Origin: Eledone cirrhosa
Lineage: Eukaryota
Length of the DNA: 64,000 nt
Direction of reading: 5' to 3'
NCBI GenBank assembly: GCA_964016885.1
Contig: OZ024741.1
Coordinates: 48,918,001-48,982,000 of the forward strand
The position numbers and the translations under genes were made by a program. The notes beneath the pieces were generated by a model that worked only from the letters and a program-made list of their open reading frames with translations, made no database searches and had not been told where the DNA came from. Shown here in pieces: positions 1-13,151 of the stretch (the stretch's first letter is position 1; every line of letters begins with the position of its first letter).

Positions 1-750
1 ACTAGTCTATACTAGATCTATTACTGTGATAATGTGGAGTTACTATACAAGTAGTAACTAGTCTATACTAGATCTATTACTGTGATAATGTGGAGTTACT
101 ATACCAGTAGTAACTAGTCTATACTAGATCTATTACTGTGATAATGTGGAGTTACTGTACCAGTAGTAATTAGTCTATACTAGATCTACAACTGGGATAA
201 TGTGGAGTTACTATACCAGTAGTAACTAGTCTATACTAGATCTATTACTGTGATAATGGGGTGTTACTATACCAGTAGTAACTAGTCTATACTAGATCTA
301 TTACTGTGATAATGTGGAGTTACACTACCAGTAGTAACTAGTCTATACTAGATCTATTACTGTGAAAATGGGGAGTTACTATACCACGAGTAACTAGTCT
401 ATACTAGATTTATTACTGTGATAATGGGGAGTTACTATACCAGTAGTAACTAGTCTATACTAGATCTATTACTGTGATAATGTGGAGTTACTATACAAGT
501 AGTAACTAGTCTATACTAGATCTATTACTGTGATAATGTGGAGTTACTATACCAGTGGTAACTAGTCTATACTAGATCTATTACTGTGATAATGTGGAGT
601 TACTGTACCAGTAGTAATTAGTCTATACTAGATCTACAACTGGGATAATGTGGAGTTACTATACCAGTAGTAACTAGTCTATACTAGATCTATTACTGTG
701 ATAATGGGGTGTTACTATACCAGTAGTAACTAGTCTATACTAGATCTATT
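1..750. repeat. Local duplication with 8-monomer (448 bp) offset
   Basis: The variant series TATACAAG, CTGTAC..AATTAG, CTACAACTGGG, GGGGTG occurs at 1-280 and again at 449-728. Confidence 0.85.
57..112. repeat. Example of a perfect consensus monomer, containing ACTAGT (SpeI), TAGATCTA (BglII/GATC core) and an 8-bp inverted repeat spanning the monomer junction
   Basis: Read directly. Monomer positions: 1-6 ACTAGT; 2-6/11-15 CTAGT-ctat-ACTAG; 13-20 TAGATCTA; 20-23/30-33 ATTA-ctgtga-TAAT; 38-45/52-3' AGTTACTA-taccag-TAGTAACT. Confidence 0.97.
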
Positions 751-3700
751 ACTGTGATAATGAAGAGTTACTATACCAGTACTAACTAGTCTATACTAGA
801 TCTATTACTGTGATAATGTGGAGCTACTGTACCAGTAGTAACTAGTCTATACTAGATCTATTACTGTGATAATGTGGAGTTACTATACCAGTAGAAACTA
901 GTCTATACTAGATCTACTTCTGTGATACTGTGGAGTTACTGTACCAGTAGTAACTAGACTATACTAGATCTACAACTGGGATAATGTGGAGTTACTATAC
1001 CAGTAGTAACTAGTCTATTCTAGATCTATTACTGTGATAATGGGGAGTTACTATACCAGAAGAAACTAGTCTATAATAGATCTATTACTGTGAAAATGGG
1101 GAGTTACACTACCAGTAGTAACTAGTCTAAACTAGATCTATTACTGTGATAATGTGGAGTTGCTATACCAGTAGTAACTAGTCTATACTAGATCTATTAC
1201 TGTGATAATATGGAGTTACACTACCAGTAGTAACTAGTCTATACTAGATCTATTTCTGTGATAATGAGGAGTTACTATAGCAGTAGTAACTAGTCTATAC
1301 TCGATCTATTACTGTGATAATGTGGAGTTACTATACCAGTAGTAACTAGTCTATACTAGATCTATTACTGTGATAATGTGGAGTTACTGTACCAGTAGTA
1401 ACTAGTCTATATTAGATCTACGACTGTGATAATGAGGAGTTACTATAGCAGTAGTAACTAGTCTATACTAGATCTATTACTGTGCGAATGGGGAGTTACT
1501 ATACCAGTAGTAACTAGTCTATACTAGATCTACTTCTGTGATAATGTGGAGTTACTATACCAGTAGAAACTAGTCTATACTAGATCTATTACTGTGATAA
1601 TGTGGAGTTACTATACCAGTAGAAACTAGTTTATACTAGATCTATTACTGTGATAATGTGGAGTTACACTACCAGTAGTAACTACTCTATACTAGATCTA
1701 TTACTGTGATAATGTGGAGTTACTATACCAGTAGTAACTAGTCTATACTAGATCTATTACTGTGATAATGGGGTGTTACTATACCAGTAGTAACTAGTCT
1801 ATACTAGATCTATTACTGTGATAATGTGCAGTTACTATACCAGTAGTAACTAGTCTATACTAGATCTACTTCTGTGATGATGTGGAGTTACTATACCAGT
1901 AGTAACTAGTCTATACTAGATCTATTACTGTGATAATGTGGGGTTACTATGCCAGTAGAAACTAGTCTATACTAGATCTAGTACTGTGATAATGTGGAGT
2001 TACTATACCAGTAGAAACTAGTTTATACTAGATCTATTACTGTGATAATGTGGAGTTACACTACCAGTAGTAACTAGTCTATACTAGATCTATTACTGTG
2101 ATAATGTGGAGTTACTATACCAGTAGTAACTAGTGTATACTAGATCTATTACTGTGATAATGTGGAGTTACACTACCAGTAGAAACTAGTCTATACTAGA
2201 TCTGTTACTGTGATAATGTGGAGTTACTATACCAGTAGAAACTAGTTTATACTAGATCTGTTACTGTGATAATGTGGAGTTACTATACCAGTAGAAACTA
2301 GTTTATACTAGATCTATTACTGTGATAATGTGGAGTTACTATACCAGTAGAAACTAGTCTATACTAGATCTATTACAGTGATAATGTGGAGTTACTATAC
2401 CAGTAGAAACTAGTTTATACTAGATCTATTACTGTGATAATGTGGAGTTACTATACCAGTAGAAACTAGTTTATACTAGATCTATTACTGTGATAATGTG
2501 GAGTTACTATACCAGTAGAAACTAGTCTATACTAGATCTATTACTGTGATAATGTGGAGTTACTATACCAGTAGAAACTAGTTTATACTAGATCTATTAC
2601 TGTGATAATGTGGAGTTACTATACCAGTAGTAACTAGTCTAAACTAGATCTATTACTGTAATAATGTCGAGTTACTATACCAGTAGAAACTAGTCTATAC
2701 TGGATCTATTACTGTGTTAATGTGGCGTTACTATACTAGTAGTAACTAGACTATAATAGATCTATTACTGTGATGATGTGGAGTTACTGTACCAGTAGTA
2801 ACTAGTCTATACTAGATCTATTACTGTGATAATGTGGAGTTACTATACCAGTAGTAACTAGTCTATACTAGATCTATTACTGTGATAATGAAGAGTTACA
2901 CTACCATTAGTAACTAGTTTATACTAGATCTATTACTGTGATATGTGGAGTTACTATACCAGTAGAAACTAGTCTATACTAGATCTATTACTGTGATAAT
3001 GGGGAGTTACTATACCAGTAGTAACTAGGCTATACTAGATCTATTACTGTGATAATGTGGAGTTACACTACCAGTAGTAACTAGTCTATACTAGATCTAT
3101 TACTGTGAAAATGGGGAGTTACTATACCACGAGTAACTAGTCTATACTAGATCTATTAGTGTGATAATGGGGAGTTACTATACCAGTAGTAACTAGTCTA
3201 TACTAGATCTATTACTGTGATAATGTGGAGTTACTATACAAGTAGTAACTAGTCTATACTAGATCTATTACTGTGATAATGTGGAGTTACTATACCAGTA
3301 GTAACTAGTCTATACTAGATCTATTACTGTGATAATGTGGAGTTACTGTACCAGTAGTAATTAGTCTATACTAGATCTACAACTGGGATAATGTGGAGTT
3401 ACTATACCAGTAGTAACTAGTCTATACTAGATCTATTACTGTGATAATGGGGTGTTACTATACCAGTAGTAACTAGTCTATACTAGATCTATTACTGTGA
3501 TAATGAAGAGTTACTATACCAGTACTAACTAGTCTATACTAGATCTATTACTGTGATAATGTGGAGCTACTGTACCAGTAGTAACTAGTCTATACTAGAT
3601 CTATTACTGTGATAATGTGGAGTTACTATACCAGTAGAAACTAGTCTATACTAGATCTACTTCTGTGATACTGTGGAGTTACTGTACCAGTAGTAACTAG

Positions 3701-4535
3701 ACTATACTAGATCTACAACTGGGATAATGTGGAGTTACTATACCAGTAGTAACTAGTCTATTCTAGATCTATTACTGTGATAATGGGGAGTTACTATACC
3801 AGAAGAAACTAGTCTATAATAGATCTATTACTGTGAAAATGGGGAGTTACACTACCAGTAGTAACTAGTCTAAACTAGATCTATTACTGTGATAATGTGG
3901 AGTTGCTATACCAGTAGTAACTAGTCTATACTAGATCTATTACTGTGATAATATGGAGTTACACTACCAGTAGTAACTAGTCTATACTAGATCTATTTCT
4001 GTGATAATGAGGAGTTACTATACCAGGAGTAACTAGTCTATACTCGATCTATTACTGTGATAATGTGGAGTTACTATACCAGTAGTAACTAGTCTATACT
4101 AGATCTATTACTGTGATAATGTGGAGTTACTGTACCAGTAGTAACTAGTCTATATTAGATCTACGACTGTGATAATGAGGAGTTACTATAGCAGTAGTAA
4201 CTAGTCTATACTAGATCTATTACTGTGCGAATGGGGAGTTACTATACCAGTAGTAACTAGTCTATACTAGATCTACTTCTGTGATAATGTGGAGTTACTA
4301 TACCAGTAGAAACTAGTCTATACTAGATCTATTACTGTGATAATGTGGAGTTACTATACCAGTAGAAACTAGTTTATACTAGATCTATTACTGTGATAAT
4401 GTGGAGTTACACTACCAGTAGTAACTAGTCTATACTAGATCTATTACTGTGATAATGTGGAGTTACTATACCAGTAGTAACTAGTCTATACTAGATCTAT
4501 TACTGTGATAATGGGGTGTTACTATACCAGTAGTA
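281..4535. repeat. Block duplication about 281-1790 vs about 3024-4535 (offset 2743 = 49 monomers minus 1 bp)
   Basis: Rare variants share the offset: ATACCACGAG at 381/3124 and TGTGCGAATG at 1481/4224. GTTGCTA, CTCGATC and CAGAAGAAAC fall in the same order. Confidence 0.9.
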
Positions 4536-7500
4536 ACTAGTCTATACTAGATCTATTACTGTGATAATGGGGAGTTACTCAACCAGTAGTAACTAGTCTA
4601 AACTAGATCTATTACTGTGATAATGTCGAGTTACTGTACCAGTAGTAACTAGTCTATACTAGATCTATTACTGTGATAATGTGGAGTTACTATACCAGTA
4701 GAAACTAGACTATACTAGATCTATTACTGTGATAATCGGGAGTTACTATACCAGTAGAAACTAGTTTATACTAGATCTATTACTGTGATAATGTGGAGTT
4801 ACTATACCAGTAGTAACTAGTCTAAACTAGATCTATTACTGTGATAATGTCGAGTTACTATACCAGTAGAAACTAGTCTATACTGGATCTATTACTGTGT
4901 TAATGTGGCGTTACTATACTAGTAGTAACTAGTCTATACTAGATCTATTGCTGTGATAATGTGGAGTTACTGTACCAGTAGTAACTAGTCTATACTAGAT
5001 CTATTACTGTGATAATGTGGAGTTACTGTACCAGTAGTAACTCGTCCATACTAGATCTATTACTGTGATAATGGGGAGTTACTGTACCAGTAGTAACTCA
5101 TCCAAACTAGATCTATTACTGTGATAACGAGGAGTTACACTACCAGTAGTAACTACTCTATACTAGATCTATTACTGTGATAATGTGGAGTTACTATACC
5201 AGTAGTAACTAGTCTATACTAGATCTATTACTGTGATAATGTGGAGTTACTGTACCAGTAGTAACTCGTCCATACTAGATCTATTACTGTGATAATGGAG
5301 TGTTACTATACCAGTAGTAACTAGTCTATACTAGATCTATTACTGTGATAATGTGGAGTTACCGTACCAGTAGTAACTAGTCTATACTAGATCTATTACT
5401 GTGATAATGTGGAGTTACTGTACCAGTAGTAACTAGTCTATACTAGATCTATTACTGTGATAATGTGGAGTTACTGTACCAGTAGTAACTAGTCTATACT
5501 AGATCTATTACTGTGATAATGTGGAGTTTCTATACCAGTAGTAACTAGTCTATACTAGATCTACTTCTGTGATAATGTGGAGTTAATATACCAGTAGTAA
5601 CTAGTCTATACTAGATCTATTACTGTGATAATGTGGGGTTACTATACCAGTAGAAACTAGTCTATACTAGATCTATTACTGTGATAATGTGGAGTTACTA
5701 TACCAGTAGAAACTAGTTTATACTAGATCTATTACTGTGATAATGTGGAGTTACTATACCAGTAGAAACTAGTCTATACTAGATCTATTACTGTGATAAT
5801 GTGGAGTTACTATACCAGTAGAAACTAGTTTATACTAGATCTATTACTGTGATAATGTGGAGTTACTATACCAGTAGTAACTAGTCTAAACTAGATCTAT
5901 TACTGTGATAATGTCGAGTTACTATACCAGTAGAAACTAGTCTATACTGGATCTATTACTGTGTTAATGTGGCGTTACTAGACTAGTAGTAACTAGTCTA
6001 TACTAGATCTATTACTGTGATAATGTGTAGTTACTGTACCAGTAGTAACTAGTCTATACTAGATCTATTACTGTGATTATGTGGAGTTACTATACCAGTA
6101 GTAACTAGTCTATAGTAGATCTATTACTGTGATAATGAAGAGTTACACTACCATTAGTAACTAGTCTATACTAGATCTATTACTGTGATAATGTGGAGTT
6201 ACTATACCAGTAGAAACTAGTCTATACTAGATCTATTACTGTGATAATGGGGAGTTACTATACCAGTAGTAACTAGGATATACTAGATCTATTACTGTAA
6301 TAATGAGGAGTTACACTACCAGTAGTAACTACTCTATACTAGATCTATTACTGTGATAATGTGGAGTTACACTACCAGTAGTAACTAGTCTATAGTAGAT
6401 CTATTATTGTGATAATGTGGAGTTACACTACCAGTAGTAACTAGTCTATACTGGATCTATTACTGTGAAAATGGGGAGTTACTATACCAGTAGTAACTAG
6501 TCTATACTAGATCTATTACTGTGATAATGGGAAGTTACTATACCAGTAGTAACTAGTCTATACTAGATCTATTACTGTGATAATGTGGAGTTACTATACA
6601 AGTAGTAACTAGTCTATACTAGATCTATTACTGTGATAATGTGGAGTTACTATACCAGTAGTAACTAGTCTATACTAGATCAATTACTGTGATAATGAAG
6701 AGTTACTATACCAGTAGTAACTAGTCTATACTAGATCTATTACTGTGATAATGTGGAGCTACTGTACCAGTAGTAACTAGTCTATACTAGATCTATTACT
6801 GTGATAATGGGGAGTTACTATACCAGTAGAAACTAGTCTATAATAGATCTATTACTGTGATAATGTGGAGTTACACTACCAGTAGTAACTAGTCTAAACT
6901 AGATCTATTACTGTGATAATGTGGAGTTACTATACCAGTAGTAACTAGTCTATACTAGATCTATTACTGTGATAATGAGGAGTAACTATACCAGTAGTAA
7001 CTAGTCTATACTAGATCTATTACTGTGATAATGTGGAGTTACTGTACCAGTAGTAACTAGTCTATATTAGATCTACGACTGTGATAATGAGGAGTTACTA
7101 TACCAGTAGTAACTAGACTATACTAGATCTATTACTGTGATAATGAAGAGTTACTATACCAGTAGTAACTAGTCTATACTAGATCTATTACTGTGATAAT
7201 GTGGAGTTACTATACCAGTAGTAACTAGTCTATACTAGATCTATTACTGCGATAATGAAGAGTTACTATACCAGTAGTAACTAGTCTATACTAGATCTAT
7301 TACAGTGATAATGTGGAGTTACTATACCAGTAGTAACTAGTCTATACTAGATCTATTACTGTGATAATGTGGAGTTACTGTACCAATAGTAACTAGTCTA
7401 TACTAGATCTATTACAGTGATAATGTGGAGTTACTATACCAGTAGTAACTAGTCTATACTAGATCTATTACTGTGATATTGTGGAGTTACTATACCAGTA

Positions 7501-10500
7501 GAAACTAGTTTATACTAGATCTATTACTGTGATAAAATGGAGTTACTATACCAGTAGAAACTAGTCTATACTAGATCTATTACTGTGATAATGTGGATTT
7601 ACTATACCATTAGAAACTAGTTTATACTAGATCTATTACAGTGATAATGTGGAGTTACTATACCAGTAGTAACTAGTCTATACTAGATCTATTACTGCAA
7701 TAATGAAGAGTTACTATACCAGTAGTAACTAGTCTATACTAGATCTATTACAGTGATAATGTGGAGTTACTATACCAGTAGTAACTAGTCTAAACTAGAT
7801 CTATTACTGTGATAATGTCGAGTTAATATACCAGTAGAAACTAGTCTATACTGGATCTATTACTGTGTTAATGTGGCGTTACTATACTAGTAGTAACTAG
7901 TCTATACTAGATCTATTACTGAGATAATGTGGAGTTACTGTACCAGTAGTAACTAGTCTATACTAGATCTATTACTGTGATAATGTGGAGTTACTATACC
8001 AGTAGTAACTACTCTATAGTAGATCTATTACTGTGATAATGAAGAGTTACACTACCATTAGTAACTAGTCTATACTAGATCTATTACTGTGATAATGTGG
8101 AGTTACTATACCAGTAGAAACTAGTCTATACTAGATCTATTACTGTGATAATGGGGAGTTACTATACCAGTAGAAACTAGTCTATAATAGATCTATTACT
8201 GTGATAATGTGGAGTTACTATACCAGTAGAAACTAGTCTATACTAGATCTATTACTGTGATAATGTGGAGTTACTATACCAGTAGAAACTAGTTTATACT
8301 AGATCTATTACTGTGATAATGTGGAGTTACCATACCAGTAGAAACTAGTCTATACTAGATCTATTACTGTGATAATGTGGAGTTACTATACCAATAGAAA
8401 CTAGTGTATACTAGATCTGCTTCTGTGATACTGTGGAGTTACTGTACCAGTAGTAACTAGACTATACTAGATCTACAACTGGGATAATGTGGAGTTACTA
8501 TACCAGTAGTAACTCGTCTATTCTAGATCTATTACTGTGATAATGGGGAGTTACTATACCAGTAGAAACTAGTCTATAATAGATCTATTACTGTGATAAT
8601 GTGGAGTTACACTACCAGTAGTAACTAGTCTAAACTAGATCTATTACTGTGATAATGTGGAGTTACTATACCAGTAGTAACTAGTCTATACTAGATCTAT
8701 TACTGTGATAATATGGAGTTACAATACCAGTAGTAACTAGTCTATACTAGATCTATTTCTGTGATAATGAGGAGTTACTATACCAGTAGTAACTAGTCTA
8801 TACTAGATCTATTACTGTGATAATGAGGAGTAACTATACCAGTAGTAACTAGTCTATACTAGATCTATTACTGTGATAATGTGGAGTTACTGTACCAGTA
8901 GTAACTAGTCTATACTAGTTCTACTTCTGTGATAATGTGGAGTTACTATACCAGTAGAAACTAGTTTATACTAGATCTATTACTGTGATAATGTGGAGTT
9001 ACACTACCAGTAGTAACTAGTCTATACTAGTTCTACTTCTGTGATAATGTGGAGTTACTATACCAGTAGAAACTAGTTTATACTAGATCTATTACTGTGA
9101 TAATGGGGAGTTACTATACCAGTAGAAACTAGTCTAAACTAGATCTATTACTGTGATAATGGGGAGTTACTATAACAGTAGTAACTAGTCTATACTAGAT
9201 CTATTACTGTGATAATGTGGAGTTACTGTACCAGTAGTAACTAGTCTATACTAGATCTATTACTGTGATAATGGGGAGTTACTATACCAGTAGAAACTAG
9301 TCTATACTAGATCTATTACTGTGATAATGGTGAGTTACTATACCAGTAGAAACTAGTCTATACTAGATCTATTACTGTGATAATGTGGAGTTACTATACC
9401 AGTAGAAATTAGTTTATACTAGATCTATTACTGTGATAATGGGGAGTTACTATACCAGTAGAAACTAGTCAATACTAGATCTATTACTGTGATAATGTGG
9501 AGTTACTATACCAGTAGAAACTAGTTTATACTAGATCTATTACTGTGATAATGTGGAGTTACTATACCAGTAGTAACTAGTCTAAACTAGATCTATTACT
9601 GTGATAATGTCGAGTTACTATACCAGTAGAAACTAGTCTATACTGGATCTATTACTGTGTTAATGTGGCGTTACTATACTAGTAGTAACTAGTCTATACT
9701 AGATCTATTACTGTGATAATGGGGAGTTACTGTACCAGTAGTAACTAGTCTATACTAGATCTATTACTGTGATAATGTGGAGTTACTGTACCAGTAGTAA
9801 CTCGTCCATACTAGATCTATTACTGTGATAATGGGGAGTTACTGTACCAGTAGTAACTCGTCTATACTAGATCTATTACTGTGATAATGAGGAGTTACAC
9901 TACCAGTAGTAACTACTCTATACTAGATCTATTACTGTGATAATGTGGAGTTACTATACCAGTAGTAACTAGTCTATACTAGATCTATTACTCTGATAAT
10001 GTGGAGTTACTGTACCAGTAGTAACTCGTCCATACTAGATCTATTACTGTGATAATGGGGTGTTACTATACCAGTAGTAACTAGTCTATACTAGATCTAT
10101 TACTGTGATAATGTGGAGTTACCGTACCAGTAGTAACTAGTCTATACTAGATCTATTACTGTGATAATGTGGAGTTACTGTACCAGTAGTAACTAGTCTA
10201 TACTAGATCTATTACTGTGATAATGTGGAGTTACTGTACCAGTAGTAACTAGTCTATACTAGATCTATTACTGTGATAATGTGGAGTTACTATACCAGTA
10301 GTAACTAGTCTATACTAGATCTATTACTGTGATAATGTGGAGTTACTGTACCAGTTGTAACTAGTCTATACTAGATCTATTACTGGTCGAATGGGGAGTT
10401 ACTATACCAGTAGTAACTAGTCTATACTAGATCTATTACTGTGATAATGTGCAGTTACTATACCAGTAGTAACTAGTCTATACTAGATCTACTTCTGTGA

Positions 10501-11420
10501 TAATGTGGAGTTACTATACCAGTAGTAACTAGTCTATACTAGATCTATTACTGTGATAATGTGGGGTTACTATGCCAGTAGAAACTAGTCTATACTAGAT
10601 CTAGTACTGTGATAATGTGGAGTTACTATACCAGTAGAAACTAGTTTATACTAGATCTATTACTGTGATAATGTGGAGTTACACTACCAGTAGTAACTAG
10701 TCTATACTAGATCTATTACTGTGATAATGTGGAGTTACACTACCAGTAGAAACTAGTCTATACTAGATCTATTACTGTGATAATGTGGAGTTACTATACC
10801 AGTAGAAACTAGTTTATACTAGATCTATTACTGTGATAATGTGGAGTTACTATACCAGTAGAAACTAGTCTATACTAGATCTATTACTGTGATAATGTGG
10901 AGTTACTATACCAGTAGAAACTAGTTTATACTAGATCTATTACTGTGATAATGTGGAGTTACTATACCAGTAGTAACTAGTCTAAACTAGATCTATTACT
11001 GTAATAATGTCGAGTTACTATACCAGTAGAAACTAGTCTATACTGGATCTATTACTGTGTTAATGTGGCGTTACTATACTAGTAGTAACTAGTCTATAAT
11101 AGATCTATTACTGTGATAATGTGGAGTTACTGTACCAGTAGTAACTAGTCTATATTAGATCTATTACTGTGATAATGTGGAGTTACTATACCAGTAGTAA
11201 CTAGTCTATACTAGATCTATTACTGTGATAATGAAGAGTTACACTACCATTAGTAACTAGTTTATACTAGATCTATTACTGTGATATGCGGAGTTACTAT
11301 ACCAGTAGAAACTAGTCTATACTAGATCTATTACTGTGATAATGGGGAGTTACTATACCAGTAGTAACTAGGCTATACTAGATCTATTACTGTGATAATG
11401 TGGAGTTACACTACCAGTAG
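1793..11420. repeat. Dispersed block duplication about 1793-3080 vs about 10420-11420 (offset 154 then 149 monomers minus 1 bp)
   Basis: GATCTAGTACTG at 1981/10604 (offset 8623). The shared 1-bp deletion GTGATATG lies at 2938/11281 (offset 8343). The two copies differ by five monomers within the GAAAC tract. Confidence 0.85.
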
Positions 11421-13030
11421 TAACTAGTCTATACTAGATCTATTACTGTGATAATGTGGAGTTACTATACCAGTAGTAACTAGTCTATACTAGATCTATT
11501 ACTGTGATAATGAGGAGTAACTATACCAGTAGTTACTAGTCTATACTAGATCTATTACTGTGATAATGTGGAGTTACTGTACCAGTAGTAACTAGTCTAT
11601 ATTAGATCTACGACTGTGATAATGAGGAGTTACTATACCAGTAGTAACTAGACTATACTAGATCTATTACTGTGATAATGAAGAGTTACTATACCAGTAG
11701 TAACTAGTCTATACTAGATCTATTACTGTGATAATGTGGAGTTACTATACCAGTAGTAACTAGTCTATACTAGATCTATTACTGCGATAATGAAGAGTTA
11801 CTATACCAGTAGTAACTAGTCTATACTAGATCTATTACAGTGATAATGTGGAGTTACTATACCAGTAGTAACTAGTCTATACTAGATCTATTACTGTGAT
11901 AATGTGGAGTTACTGTACCAATAGTAACTAGTCTATACTAGATCTATTACAGTGATAATGTGGAGTTACTATACCAGTAGTAACTAGTCTATACTAGATC
12001 TATTACTGTGATAATGGGGAGTTACTATACCAGTAGAAACTAGTCTATACTAGATCTATTACTGTGATATTGTGGAGTTACTATACCAGTAGAAACTAGT
12101 TTATACTAGATCTATTACTGTGATAAAATGGAGTTACTATACCAGTAGAAACTAGTCTATACTAGATCTATTACTGTGATAATGTGGAGTTACTATACCA
12201 TTAGAAACTAGTTTATACTAGATCTATTACAGTGATAATGTGGAGTTACTATACCAGTAGTAACTAGTCTATACTAGATCTATTACTGCAATAATGAAGA
12301 GTTACTATACCAGTAGTAACTAGTCTATACTAGATCTATTACAGTGATAATGTGGAGTTACTATACCAGTAGTAACTAGTCTAAACTAGATCTATTACTG
12401 TGATAATGTCGAGTTAATATACCAGTAGAAACTAGTCTATACTGGATCTATTACTGTGTTAATGTGGCGTTACTATACTAGTAGTAACTAGTCTATACTA
12501 GATCTATTACTGAGATAATGTGGAGTTACTGTACCAGTAGTAACTAGTCTATACTAGATCTATTACTGTGATAATGTGGAGTTACTATACCAGTAGTAAC
12601 TACTCTATAGTAGATCTATTACTGTGATAATGAAGAGTTACACTACCATTAGTAACTAGTCTATACTAGATCTATTACTGTGATAATGTGGAGTTACTAT
12701 ACCAGTAGAAACTAGTCTATACTAGATCTATTACTGTGATAATGGGGAGTTACTATACCAGTAGAAACTAGTCTATAATAGATCTATTACTGTGATAATG
12801 TGGAGTTACTATACCAGTAGAAACTAGTCTATACTAGATCTATTACTGTGATAATGTGGAGTTACTATACCAGTAGAAACTAGTTTATACTAGATCTATT
12901 ACTGTGATAATGTGGAGTTACCATACCAGTAGAAACTAGTCTATACTAGATCTATTACTGTGATAATGTGGAGTTACTATACCAATAGAAACTAGTGTAT
13001 ACTAGATCTGCTTCTGTGATACTGTGGAGT
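6900..13030. repeat. Dispersed block duplication about 6900-8440 vs about 11430-13030 (offset 81 then 82 monomers minus 1 bp)
   Basis: GAGGAGTAAC at 6981/11516 (4535). ATTACTGCAATAAT at 7691/12282 and CTAGTGTATACTAGATCTGCTTC at 8401/12992 (4591). Confidence 0.88.
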
Positions 13031-13151
13031 TACTGTACCAGTAGTAATTAGTCTATACTAGATCTACAACTGGGATAATGTGGAGTTACTATACCAGTAG
13101 TAACTAGTCTATACTAGATCTATTACTGTGATAATGGGGTGTAACTATACC

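Noticed and set aside
8-33. Promoter or transcription-factor-like motifs in every monomer (TATACT/TATAAT and GATAAT -10-like, TGTGA CRP half-site, TGATAA GATA site)
   Set aside because: These are short AT-rich motifs expected by chance, with no gene or -35 context and an unknown host. Function cannot be supported from sequence alone.
88-117. Each monomer contains a mini-ORF ATG TGG AGT TAC TAT ACC AGT AGT AAC TAG (MWSYYTSSN*), with variants altering codons 2, 5 and 8
   Set aside because: It is only 9 codons, which is expected by chance. There is no ribosome-binding context, the ATG is lost in common variants (ATA, ACG), and there is no sign of synonymous bias.
1-168. 3 x 56 = 168 bp nucleosome/chromatosome-sized trimer unit
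   Set aside because: Variants show no three-monomer periodicity, and many duplication offsets (7, 8, 25, 26, 49, 64, 77) are not multiples of 3.
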